Source of the DNA: an uncultured virus (IMG/VR IMGVR_UViG_3300042448_001291)
Taxonomy: Duplodnaviria; Heunggongvirae; Uroviricota; Caudoviricetes
Strand: one strand, 5' to 3'
Virus record (IMG/VR): IMGVR_UViG_3300042448_001291
Length of the DNA stretch: 64,000 nt
Below the pieces are notes generated by a model. The model saw only the letters and a program-made list of their open reading frames with translations. It ran no database searches and had not been told where the DNA came from. This document shows, one piece after another, positions 55,026-64,000 of this stretch (positions within the stretch are counted from its first letter, which is position 1; every line of letters begins with the position of its first letter). Made by a program: the position numbers and the translations under genes.

Positions 55026-57628
55026 TGAGAAATTTTTTATTAATATTTTTACTGGTTTGCTCGTTCATAACGAACGGGCAAACTGTTTATTCACCTGACC
55101 CTAAATCATTCGTGGTGAGTACAACAGGGCAAGATGCTAGTGGATTTGAATTAACTGGATTTAGTACAACATCTACTTTACTTGCCTCAATCAGTTTAGT
55201 TAACCCTCCGGCCGGGACAACATTTTATTTATCAACAACAACAGGTCTAACCGCAGCAAGTGGATTTACTTTAAGTGGTAATAAAACCAGGTTGGTTATA
55301 ACAGGAACAATGGGTAGTATTAATGCGGCATTAGAATCATTAAAAATAAACACCGGAGCAGTTAGAGGTGATGTTAATATTTCAGTAGCGGCAACCGTTA
55401 ATCCAACGGGATATTTCTACAATGGTGTAAACGGACACTTTTACAGGCCAATAGCAACAGGAAACACATATACAGGTGCAAGAGCGGCAGCATTAAACAC
55501 AACATTTAAAGGACAGACGGGATATTTGGTAACAATAACATCGGCTGATGAAGATGCTTTTGTTTTCAATAATGTTCCACAAACTAGCATTTGGTTCGCA
55601 CTAACGGATGAAGTAGTTGAGGGACAGTGGAGAATCGATGCTGGACCTGAAAAGGGGGTTTTAATTAAAACGTCAAACGGACAAACTGCAGGAAACATAC
55701 AAGGACAATATAACAACTGGGCAGGTGGTGAACCAAACAATTCTGGTAACGAAGATTATGCGGTAACTAAATGGGGTGGCGGGTCTCAATGGAATGATTT
55801 ACCAAATAACTTTAGTTGTCCATATGTGATTGAATATGGGACTTGGACTAATCCTGATGATGCAACATTTACAGAGTTCTACACAAATAGTGTTACTCAC
55901 TCAAATGGTGAAACTATTAAAACTTTATTTGGTTTTAAATTTGGTAATGTAATAGATAAAACAAAATTTTCGGTTCAAATTTTCAAAAGAAATGATGAGT
56001 ATTCTACTTGGGCAGCGTCTGATGGGTATAAACCATTAAGTGGTTTAGGTAAAGTATATCTTTCAAACCAAATAGATACAGCAAAAGTTTATTCCGCTGG
56101 TATTCCTTTAAGTGGTGTAACTAATATGACACAATTTACTACCGCTGATATTGGTAAGATATATAAAATTACAATTACAGGTGGTGCTGGCGGGGGTTGG
56201 GGAACCGATATCTATACAGATGATTCTCACATTCCGGCTATGGCGGTGCATGCTGGAGTAATAGCAATCGGAGAAACAAAAGAAGTTTATATTAAAATAG
56301 TTGAAGGAAAAAATAGTTACCCTGGTTCTACACGTAATGGAATAACAACTTCTGAGTGGGGCTCATGGGGGTTGAGTTATCAATTTGTATCGGCACCCAT
56401 GTCTTATAAAGCGACAATATCCCCCGGAGGTGTAGAATGGGCTTATACAAACCCAAACGCAACTTGGTTGAATGGTAATAGTAGATTATTGATTGATATG
56501 AGACAAGTTGGTAATTTGGACCCAACTAAAATAACAAATGTAAAAATATTAGACGCATATGACGGACCTATCACATATACATCACATGACGCTAATGGTT
56601 GGGCCATATATACTGTTCCATCACCTTTAACAAAAATAACTAACGGAACTTCCGCATATAATCAATATATTAGAAATGTGAACGGATGGAACACTGATTA
56701 TGCATTCCAATGCGGTATTGGGTTTACTCAGCAGGGCGCCTTTAAACAACATAGAATGGAAATGCAAGAATATGACAGTACTCAGTTAAGATCCTTATAT
56801 AACAGTGTTTTAACAGTTACAGATGTTTATTTAGCGTTTAAAGAAGTTGCTAACGGGGGTTTATTTGGTAACCAAACAGGTAACGAGTTTACTTATGGTA
56901 TTCAATATAAAAATGCGGATGTTGATGATAATGGTGTTTTTAATGAAGCCGATTGTTTTAAATTATTACAACATTTAACTGGTAAGAAAAATTTAATTGA
57001 AAATTATACTTTAGATAATACAATAAGATTGATACCAGATTCAGTATATAATTTAATTGGTAAATCAAACTGGGCGTCATTCCCAACATATTTAGGAAAA
57101 ACATACCCATTTAGTTTACTAGATAATGTAATAAGTTACAATTACGATTTGGCAGTTACTTGGAAAGGAGATGTTAATTTATCGCATTCACCAACCCCGC
57201 CTTCAAATGGAATCACTACTATGTCCACAATTTCGTCTAGAACAATGAGCATTAGTAATGAAATTAATGCGTCAATATTAACTGAAATGGTTGATGGTAT
57301 AGTTTACGCCTACATCACATTAGACCCATTACAACAAAATGTTGTAGGCACTCAATTCAAATTAGATTACGATAATTCTGTATTAAAATTTGAAAATGTG
57401 GACTTTAAAACAAAAGGTGATCCTATGAACTATGGTTCAAATAATGGCACATTCATAAATCTCGGATCTTTAATTACTGATGGAAGCACCGCCTTAGACA
57501 ATACTACAACATATAAAATCACGTTTACGCCTATAAAAAAGATTGATAATGTGTTAGGTTTAATTTCAATTTCTAATACCGATGCTGTAAATAAAAATGG
57601 CACACAATTAACTATTAAAATCATATAA
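55025..57628 (+). CDS. Secreted adhesin-like protein: C-type lectin + LCCL + dockerin-like + cohesin-like
   Basis: YLVTITSADE...YNNWAGGEPNN...WNDL; GTDIYTDDS..AAVHAG-like...YPGSTRNG; ADVDDNGVFNEAD; VVGTQFKLDYD. Confidence 0.75.
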   Translation: MRNFLLIFLLVCSFITNGQTVYSPDPKSFVVSTTGQDASGFELTGFSTTSTLLASISLVNPPAGTTFYLSTTTGLTAASGFTLSGNKTRLVITGTMGSINAALESLKINTGAVRGDVNISVAATVNPTGYFYNGVNGHFYRPIATGNTYTGARAAALNTTFKGQTGYLVTITSADEDAFVFNNVPQTSIWFALTDEVVEGQWRIDAGPEKGVLIKTSNGQTAGNIQGQYNNWAGGEPNNSGNEDYAVTKWGGGSQWNDLPNNFSCPYVIEYGTWTNPDDATFTEFYTNSVTHSNGETIKTLFGFKFGNVIDKTKFSVQIFKRNDEYSTWAASDGYKPLSGLGKVYLSNQIDTAKVYSAGIPLSGVTNMTQFTTADIGKIYKITITGGAGGGWGTDIYTDDSHIPAMAVHAGVIAIGETKEVYIKIVEGKNSYPGSTRNGITTSEWGSWGLSYQFVSAPMSYKATISPGGVEWAYTNPNATWLNGNSRLLIDMRQVGNLDPTKITNVKILDAYDGPITYTSHDANGWAIYTVPSPLTKITNGTSAYNQYIRNVNGWNTDYAFQCGIGFTQQGAFKQHRMEMQEYDSTQLRSLYNSVLTVTDVYLAFKEVANGGLFGNQTGNEFTYGIQYKNADVDDNGVFNEADCFKLLQHLTGKKNLIENYTLDNTIRLIPDSVYNLIGKSNWASFPTYLGKTYPFSLLDNVISYNYDLAVTWKGDVNLSHSPTPPSNGITTMSTISSRTMSISNEINASILTEMVDGIVYAYITLDPLQQNVVGTQFKLDYDNSVLKFENVDFKTKGDPMNYGSNNGTFINLGSLITDGSTALDNTTTYKITFTPIKKIDNVLGLISISNTDAVNKNGTQLTIKII

Positions 57629-57972
57629 TGAAAAGAATATTACTTTTGGTGTTTTTATCTTTTATGTCTTGTAAAAAGACAACACTTCTTCCGCCAGAAC
57701 CACAAAACATAGTTAATTTTTTTGATAATGAACAAAACACAATAAATGATGGTTCACAAATAACATTTGACTTAAAAAACGCCGGCACATATACCATGAC
57801 AATATTAGATTCAAGTAGGAATCAGGTTGTAACTAGGGAAAAAATATCCGGCAAAATTGGGGCAAATGCCTTAAAAATATATACCAAATCCTTGAATTCA
57901 AAGTATTTATATTTATTACTAAAGGATAGTGTAGGTAATCAAATAGGTAAAACACTATTAATTATAAAATAA
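57628..57972 (+). CDS. Lipoprotein with T9SS-CTD/Ig-like domain
   Basis: MKRILLLVFLSFMSC; GNQIGKTLLIIK. Confidence 0.65.
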   Translation: MKRILLLVFLSFMSCKKTTLLPPEPQNIVNFFDNEQNTINDGSQITFDLKNAGTYTMTILDSSRNQVVTREKISGKIGANALKIYTKSLNSKYLYLLLKDSVGNQIGKTLLIIK

Positions 57973-57978
57973 AAGAAA

Positions 57979-58353
57979 ATGAAAAAACTATTTTTATTAT
58001 TATTTGGCACAATAGCCCTGTTTAGTTGTACTAAGCACGATTTACCGTCTATACCACCGCCCGTTTCGGTTAATAATGAATTGGTGATAGCAAATTCAGT
58101 GGGCATTAAATTACAAACAGCATTTGTTACCTCTGAAGTTTCAATGAACGTTAAAACGGAAACATCTCAAAAAGTAACAATAAAGATATTTGACATCGGT
58201 AATAGAGTGGTGTCTAAAGAAACAGTAAACGTTAATTCTGGTGATAACATACTTAAGGTTTATACATCAGCATTACCATCTTCGGCATATAGAATCGCGT
58301 TGTTTGACTCCGCAGGAAATATGTTGGGGATCACAGATTTTAATAAAATGTAA
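57979..58353 (+). CDS. Lipoprotein with T9SS-CTD/Ig-like domain
   Basis: LFSC lipobox; IKIFDIGNRVV...TSALPSSAY. Confidence 0.65.
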   Translation: MKKLFLLLFGTIALFSCTKHDLPSIPPPVSVNNELVIANSVGIKLQTAFVTSEVSMNVKTETSQKVTIKIFDIGNRVVSKETVNVNSGDNILKVYTSALPSSAYRIALFDSAGNMLGITDFNKM

Positions 58354-58372
58354 AAAATATAAAACAAAAACT

Positions 58373-58684
58373 ATGTCAGAAGAAGAACAAAACGACGGAA
58401 CCTGGTCAGGTTTAAAAAAGACCATTGTTGGGGTAATTGGTACAGTAGTTACTGCTGGAGGTGTTTTTATAACAACTCTTTTTGGTGGAGGAGATAAAGA
58501 AGCGGCACCAGCGCCTGCGGCTCCAGTAATTAATATTACGAATTCAAATGCTCAACAACAAGCAGCAGGAAAAACCGTAATCATCAACAAAGGTGGAAAT
58601 GGTGGAACGGCACAACCAGCACCAGCACCAAAGGTTAAAAAGAAAGAAGGTGATGAATTTAAGGAAGAAGCACCAAAATGGTAA
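58373..58684 (+). CDS. Membrane protein with Pro/Ala linker
   Basis: One TM; APAPAAP. Confidence 0.65.
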   Translation: MSEEEQNDGTWSGLKKTIVGVIGTVVTAGGVFITTLFGGGDKEAAPAPAAPVINITNSNAQQQAAGKTVIINKGGNGGTAQPAPAPKVKKKEGDEFKEEAPKW

Positions 58685-58775
58685 TAAATGGATTGGTATA
58701 AATTTGGAGTAGTTTCATTTTTTATACTTTTCTTAGGGTGGGCAATGGCACACGCAACAAAACAAAGCGAGAAAA

Positions 58776-59366
58776 ATGGCAGAAAATAATCAACCGCCAA
58801 GTGGTTTTAAAGAATTGTTAAACTCAATGATGCAACGCAGATGGTTTATATCTGCAATGGTATTGGGTGGTTTTATGATAATAATTGCTGGTATGTTTAC
58901 TGCGATCGGGTTAAAAACACCTATGGCGGCTGAATGGAAAGAATTGTTATTATTGTTATTAGGTGCGTTTATCGGTAGTTATGGTAAAATCATAGATTAC
59001 TGGTTTAGCGATACCGATAAGGATAAGATGTTAGTTCAGAAGATGGACGAAGAAGATGGTGTTACTCTTTCACACACAAATGACATGAAAGAAACCAATA
59101 AAACACCAACACCAATTATCCCAGATGCGTTTGCTGCAGGTGCACAAGCGGCTAGGGAATTGGCTGTTACTGAAAATAAACAAAACTTTGAATTAGCAAA
59201 AGACGAACAGGAACATCGTCAAGAAATGGAAAAGTTAGAGTTTTTACATCATGAACACAGACAATGTGAGCACGTATGGGGGGATTCTGATAACGACGGC
59301 GAGGAAGAATGTCAAAAATGTGGAAAAATTAAGGACACACATCCTGATGATCACATTGAAGGATAA
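58776..59366 (+). CDS. Two-TM membrane protein with C-terminal Cys/His motif
   Basis: LLLLLLGAFIGSYGKIIDYWF; CEHVW...CQKCGK. Confidence 0.7.
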   Translation: MAENNQPPSGFKELLNSMMQRRWFISAMVLGGFMIIIAGMFTAIGLKTPMAAEWKELLLLLLGAFIGSYGKIIDYWFSDTDKDKMLVQKMDEEDGVTLSHTNDMKETNKTPTPIIPDAFAAGAQAARELAVTENKQNFELAKDEQEHRQEMEKLEFLHHEHRQCEHVWGDSDNDGEEECQKCGKIKDTHPDDHIEG

Positions 59367-59396
59367 TAAACAATAAACTAAACTAAAACAAAAAAC

Positions 59397-59657
59397 ATGG
59401 GATTTATTAAAGATTTATTTAACGACAATAACACGATTAATGAAAAATCGGTAGTTGGGTTTCTATCATTTGTAATGATGGTTATCGCCCTATTTGTTGA
59501 TCTTATCACTGGTTGGATGGGTAGACCACTAGTTATTAATGAGTTCATTTTTGACGGGTTTCTAGTCATTACATTGGGTGCTTTTGGTATTGCATCGGTT
59601 GATAAGTGGATAAACAACAAAGGGAAGAAAAAAGAAGAAGAAACAACGGAAGGATAA
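59397..59657 (+). CDS. Small two-TM protein (holin-like)
   Basis: INEKSVVGFLSF...GAFGIASVDKW. Confidence 0.6.
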   Translation: MGFIKDLFNDNNTINEKSVVGFLSFVMMVIALFVDLITGWMGRPLVINEFIFDGFLVITLGAFGIASVDKWINNKGKKKEEETTEG

Positions 59658-59714
59658 GTAAAAGGGAGTTTTTAACTCCCTTTTTTTATATTTATATATT
59701 ATCAATTGAAGTGT

Positions 59715-60437
59715 ATGAAAAAAATATTAACATTAGTAATTATTTGTTTATTAACTAGCATGGTTGCCAGTTCTCAAACAATCGGATCAACAAAGACCGA
59801 ACAATATAAGGCGTCATTTGAAACTGCGATAGACATATCACAGTTTATGGATTATGATGGCCCACAAATACCTATCCAAATTCTTAAATGTGGTATTTCG
59901 GATGAAATGTATGAGATGTACCCTGAATTAAAAGAAAAACGTGTTGGTTTAGGTGTTGCAAATATTTCCATGGAATATCTTGAAAACCTTAATCGTTTTA
60001 AATTCACAGAAGATAAAACAGAGATTAAGAATCGTATGGTAAAACAATTCCAGGCATCCCAAGCGGGTATTTCTGAAAATAAATTAGATGGTAGAGGTAA
60101 AATTAATTTAGCAAAATATTTTGTAACAATAGAATGTTACGATTATTCTGTTTCTGAGGATGAAACGGTAAACCTAAAGGACGGGGTTAAAAATTTAATG
60201 GTCACAAGAATAGGTTTACAGGTTAGATTTACTGATGCGGAAACCGGAGTAGTATTCGGAGCGTCAGGTTTAGGTGAAGCAAAAACAGTTAGAGAATTGA
60301 CATTACTTTCTGATGCTACTGTTGACCCTGTTAAATTTAATCAATCAACAATATCTATTGCAACTAAAAAGGCGTTGGATATTGCATGCGCAAGAATTCT
60401 TGATAGAATGATCAAGAAGGGGATCTACACAAAATAA
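59715..60437 (+). CDS. CsgG-like (curli transport) family protein
   Basis: Signal peptide; GLGVANI...LENLNRF, AKYFVT, RIGLQVRFTDAETG. Confidence 0.6.
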   Translation: MKKILTLVIICLLTSMVASSQTIGSTKTEQYKASFETAIDISQFMDYDGPQIPIQILKCGISDEMYEMYPELKEKRVGLGVANISMEYLENLNRFKFTEDKTEIKNRMVKQFQASQAGISENKLDGRGKINLAKYFVTIECYDYSVSEDETVNLKDGVKNLMVTRIGLQVRFTDAETGVVFGASGLGEAKTVRELTLLSDATVDPVKFNQSTISIATKKALDIACARILDRMIKKGIYTK

Positions 60438-60474
60438 CAGGTTATTCATTAACCACAATTTTAACTGAAACGGT

Positions 60475-61305
60475 ATGAAAAAAGTTTTATTAGTTGTTGG
60501 ATTGACATTATTGTTAATACTAATCTGTGCTATTATGTTGAATGCTCAGGTTAGTAATTGGAGAAGTAATCCTCCACAACCACAAACAAAGGTTGAAACA
60601 CCAAGAATAACACCGAGTGTTCCTCAACGAAATGATGTAAGTAGATGGAGAAACGACCCACCTAGACAATCACAACCAGATCCTCGTGGAAGGGTTAGAA
60701 TTCAAAATTGGGGTAGACCTAATCAATTTGGGTATTATTGGGGGAACTGGGGTTGGTATCAACCATTTCCATATATCTGGTATGATGATTTTGGTTGGAG
60801 ACAAAGGAGTATAATACATGTATACGAAAATGGTAGAAGAGATACTATTAGAAAAGAATCACCTTACACCTCTTTTGGTGTTGGTCATACCAATAATAAA
60901 CAACTGTCTTTTTGGGGTGCGGTAGGAAGAAAGAAAGGTTATTTTATTTTAGATTATACAATGTCTTATGATATTGATCAAAATCAATATTACCCATATG
61001 GTAGAATTGATTTGGTTGATTTTCCACTTAGTAAGAATGATTTTATTAAACAAGGTACCTTATATCTAGGTGGTGGTAAAAGATTTGGCAAGTTAGGTGT
61101 TCATGGAATGATTGGGTTTGGTAATGAGAATATTAGATACCAAGGTAGAGATGCTCTTGGGGGTATATCATTCCCTAAATCAAACTCAAATTTTACAACA
61201 TTTAAATTCGGTATAATAAGAGATATTAAATTCATCACATTAAAAATAGAAAGAGACCCAATAAGAAATTTTAATCAAATATCGATTGGTCTGAATAACA
61301 AATAA
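60475..61305 (+). CDS. Secreted/outer-membrane protein with Pro/Arg and Trp-rich N-region
   Basis: Signal peptide; alternating beta-strand C-terminus. Confidence 0.6.
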   Translation: MKKVLLVVGLTLLLILICAIMLNAQVSNWRSNPPQPQTKVETPRITPSVPQRNDVSRWRNDPPRQSQPDPRGRVRIQNWGRPNQFGYYWGNWGWYQPFPYIWYDDFGWRQRSIIHVYENGRRDTIRKESPYTSFGVGHTNNKQLSFWGAVGRKKGYFILDYTMSYDIDQNQYYPYGRIDLVDFPLSKNDFIKQGTLYLGGGKRFGKLGVHGMIGFGNENIRYQGRDALGGISFPKSNSNFTTFKFGIIRDIKFITLKIERDPIRNFNQISIGLNNK

Positions 61306-62675
61306 TGAAAAAATATATTATATTTTTATTAATATTTTGTTTCATTGGTTTTAAATCATCTGGTCAAATTTATACACAAACATTTATTGATAAATGTACT
61401 GGCGAAACAAAAATAGCAACGACAACATATGTTAATGGCAATGCTGTTGTTTCTTTTTACAACCAAATAAAAACATTTACACCAATTCAGGTACAAACTG
61501 GTCAATTACAAACTTGGCTACAAACAACATACAATGAATATAGTACAAGGGCATGCCCGACCAGTCAAGTTGTTCAACAAACTGTAACTGCGGCGGTATC
61601 ACAAGCAGCGTCGACTGCAGCAAGTTCAGCGGCGTCAGCGGCAGCGAGTAGTGCTGCAAGTTCTTCGGCTAGTTCAGCAGCAAGTTCTTCCGCTAGTAGC
61701 GCTGCAAGTTCGTCATCTAGCGCCGCTTCTTCTACTGGATCATCGGCCGCTAGTTCATCATCAAGTCAAGGTAGTTCATCTGGGTCGTCTAGTTCGTCAT
61801 CAGAAAGTAAATCAGAAGGTAGTTCGTCTAGTTCATCTAAATCTGAGGAGTCAAAATCTGAATCTAAATCCGAAAGTAAGAGCGAAGAAAAGAAAGAAGA
61901 AACTAAATCTGAAGAAAAGAAAGAGGAGAGTAAGGAAGAGAAAAAAGAGGAAAGTAAGGAAGAGAAAAAAGAGGAGAAAAAGGAAGAAAAGAAAAAAGAA
62001 GAAAAGAAAAAACAACTTTCAACAAATCCAATGTTATTCGCGTCAGATTTAACTGGAGCGCAAGATGCGGATAGAAAATATAACGTTATTATATCTTTGG
62101 GTATTAGTAAATCATCAATGGCTGGAGATGAGAGTTTTAGTGGGACGGCATTAATTTGGAGTAATCTAAGACAGTTTGCTTTTAGCGGTGGCTATACTAA
62201 AATGAAATTTAAAAACGGTTCTTTAAATAGCATACATTCTTATTCCACAACAGCGGCGTATCTTGATGGTAATTTTATGGGATTACTTGGTTACACCTGT
62301 ATTAAACCAAATCCAAAATTTGGTACATATGGGTACAATATTGGTATGGTAAACCTAATGACTAAAAGTGTGGTTCAGAAATATGATTACAGTTTAATCA
62401 CTTCAGCGGTTGTTTTTTGGACAAAACCATATCAGTACTCAAAAAAAATAACATTATCCCCTCAGGTTTTTATAATGACTTCTCCGTTATCGTATAACAC
62501 CTTTACCGGTAATACATTGGTTAACAGACATGCTGGGTTTTTATTAGGTACTTCTATAGATTACAAAATAAGTAAAAGATTTGGTTTTGGTTTAAATTAT
62601 AAATTTAGTGGATCAACAGCAAAAGAAACCCCAATTTTACATAACTTTTTGATCGGTTCTAGGTTGATTTTGTAA
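61305..62675 (+). CDS. Outer-membrane beta-barrel with Ser/Ala and Glu/Lys low-complexity stalk
   Basis: Signal peptide; (AASS)n then (KEEKKEE)n; amphipathic strands ending HNFLIGSRLIL. Confidence 0.7.
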   Translation: MKKYIIFLLIFCFIGFKSSGQIYTQTFIDKCTGETKIATTTYVNGNAVVSFYNQIKTFTPIQVQTGQLQTWLQTTYNEYSTRACPTSQVVQQTVTAAVSQAASTAASSAASAAASSAASSSASSAASSSASSAASSSSSAASSTGSSAASSSSSQGSSSGSSSSSSESKSEGSSSSSSKSEESKSESKSESKSEEKKEETKSEEKKEESKEEKKEESKEEKKEEKKEEKKKEEKKKQLSTNPMLFASDLTGAQDADRKYNVIISLGISKSSMAGDESFSGTALIWSNLRQFAFSGGYTKMKFKNGSLNSIHSYSTTAAYLDGNFMGLLGYTCIKPNPKFGTYGYNIGMVNLMTKSVVQKYDYSLITSAVVFWTKPYQYSKKITLSPQVFIMTSPLSYNTFTGNTLVNRHAGFLLGTSIDYKISKRFGFGLNYKFSGSTAKETPILHNFLIGSRLIL

Positions 62676-62698
62676 GAAAAATATGGTATATTAATACC

Positions 62699-63436
62699 AT
62701 GAATATTTTAGTAATCGGAGATACTTGTACCGATGTTTTTATTTATGGTACCTGTGACAGAATTTGTCCAGAGGGTCCTGTACCAATTTTTAAACCAATT
62801 AACAAGGTTGAAAATAAGGGTATGGCAGGAAATGTTTATCAGAATTTATTATCTTTGAACATTGACAATGTTGATATTATAACAAATCATGAAACAATAA
62901 CTAAAACAAGATATGTTGAAGAAAAATCAAATCATCTAATTGTTAGGGTTGATGAGAACGATATTGTCGAAAACAGTTTTAACATACATAATGTTGATTT
63001 TGAAAAATATGATGCGGTTGTTGTTGCTGATTACGATAAAGGTTTTTTAACTGTTAACGATCTAATGAACATATCTAGATCACACGATTTAACATTCTTA
63101 GACACTAAGAAAATTTTGGGTAAATGGGCAGATAATTTCACATTTATTAAGATAAATGAATTAGAATGGACTAATTGTGAAAAAGCGGGACTTGATTACT
63201 CTTATTGGAAAGAAAAACTAATAATCACAAAATCTAGTAAAGGGTGTTTATATAATGGATTTATTTATCCTGTTGAAAGTAATTTAGATGTCAGGGATAT
63301 AAGTGGTGCTGGCGATACGTTTATGGCTGCATTTGCATGCTCATATGTAAAGACGTTAGATATGTCTGTTTCTTTAAGATTTGCAAATAAATGTGCTAGC
63401 ACTGTTATACAAAAAAGAGGGGTTAGTACTCTATGA
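62699..63436 (+). CDS. PfkB sugar kinase, HldE/RfaE domain I-like
   Basis: GMAGNV, TITKTR, DYDKG, DISGAGDTF. Confidence 0.85.
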   Translation: MNILVIGDTCTDVFIYGTCDRICPEGPVPIFKPINKVENKGMAGNVYQNLLSLNIDNVDIITNHETITKTRYVEEKSNHLIVRVDENDIVENSFNIHNVDFEKYDAVVVADYDKGFLTVNDLMNISRSHDLTFLDTKKILGKWADNFTFIKINELEWTNCEKAGLDYSYWKEKLIITKSSKGCLYNGFIYPVESNLDVRDISGAGDTFMAAFACSYVKTLDMSVSLRFANKCASTVIQKRGVSTL

Positions 63437-63849
63437 AAAAAGTTTGGATAAATGGATCATTTGATATTTTACATATTGGCCATGTACGGCTTATCAATTT
63501 TGCTAAATCCTATGGTACTATTCGAGTGGGATTGGACTCGGATGAAAGAATTCGTGAGAAAAAAGGAATATCTAGACCGCTCAATGGGTTACATGATCGC
63601 ATGGAGTTTATATCATCTATCTCTGGTGTTGATTCTGTTGTATCTTTTAATTCAGATTTGGAACTTGCTAGTTTAATTAAAGAATATAACCCAGATTATT
63701 TTGTCATTGGTGATGATTATATGGATAAACAAATAATAGGTTCAGAATATGCTAAAGAAATTGTATATTTTAATAAAATAAATGGTTATTCAACTACCGA
63801 GTTAATTCATAAATGTAAAAATGATGTTACAAAAACCAGTCGTTACTGA
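63433..63849 (+). CDS. Cytidylyltransferase-family nucleotidyltransferase, HldE/RfaE domain II-like
   Basis: NGSFDILHIGH, GLDSD, RP, GDDY, YSTT. Confidence 0.88.
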   Translation: MKKVWINGSFDILHIGHVRLINFAKSYGTIRVGLDSDERIREKKGISRPLNGLHDRMEFISSISGVDSVVSFNSDLELASLIKEYNPDYFVIGDDYMDKQIIGSEYAKEIVYFNKINGYSTTELIHKCKNDVTKTSRY

Positions 63850-64000
63850 ATGTTGCAAAATCCCAAAAGGGTGGGGTCACGAATTAATTATTGAAAATAA
63901 CGAAATGTATTGTGGGAAGGTTTTAGTTTTTAAATCGGGTTGTAAATTTTCAATGCATTATCATTTATTAAAAGATGAAACATGGTATGTTAATAAAGGT
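63821..64000 (+). CDS. Cupin (sugar isomerase-like), 3'-truncated
   Basis: IPKGWGHELII...YCGK...FSMHYHLLKDETWYV; runs off the window. Confidence 0.75.
   Translation, partial: MMLQKPVVTECCKIPKGWGHELIIENNEMYCGKVLVFKSGCKFSMHYHLLKDETWYVNKG

Noticed and set aside
61560..62020. Repetitive DNA considered as a CRISPR array or tandem repeat; alternate-frame ORF 61651..62052
   Set aside because: Degenerate codon repeats encoding the Ser/Ala and Glu/Lys stalk of 61305..62675; no fixed repeat-spacer pattern. No CRISPR array was seen anywhere in the window.
1..64000. Stop-codon reassignment, as in some huge phages
   Set aside because: Genes are full-length in code 11; TAG and TGA end genes right before terminators or next starts; no canonical suppressor tRNA was found.

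Overview
AT-rich, gene-dense segment of a huge (jumbo) phage genome read in the standard code. The host is probably a Bacteroidetes: TAnnTTTG/TTG sigma promoters are present, along with Bacteroidetes-style lipoproteins and outer-membrane proteins. About 1-41 kb holds many genes preceded by a TATTTAT motif. Roughly 30 of their products share short N-terminal helical leaders ending in (L/I)xE, suggesting head-packaged cargo. This part also has a GH19 endolysin, nucleases and a glycosyltransferase cluster. About 41.5-51.4 kb is an RNA-gene district: a tmRNA, an ~870-nt structured ncRNA, further small structured RNAs, two aberrant tRNA-like RNAs, and 26 tRNAs covering all 20 amino acids in two 13-gene arrays, separated by a heme oxygenase + bilin reductase cassette. 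The main finding is that each tRNA array is preceded by a promoter, an unannotated 32-aa leader ORF, an antiterminator segment and an intrinsic terminator. Each leader's codons are an isoacceptor-specific inventory of the tRNAs in its own array, so this looks like a multi-codon ribosome-stalling attenuator that turns on tRNA supply when any listed tRNA runs short. About 52.7-62.7 kb encodes a secreted/outer-membrane module (CsgG-like proteins, lectin/LCCL/dockerin/cohesin-like proteins, beta-barrels), followed by split HldE-like sugar kinase and nucleotidyltransferase genes. All calls come from reading the sequence by eye; no database searches were run.
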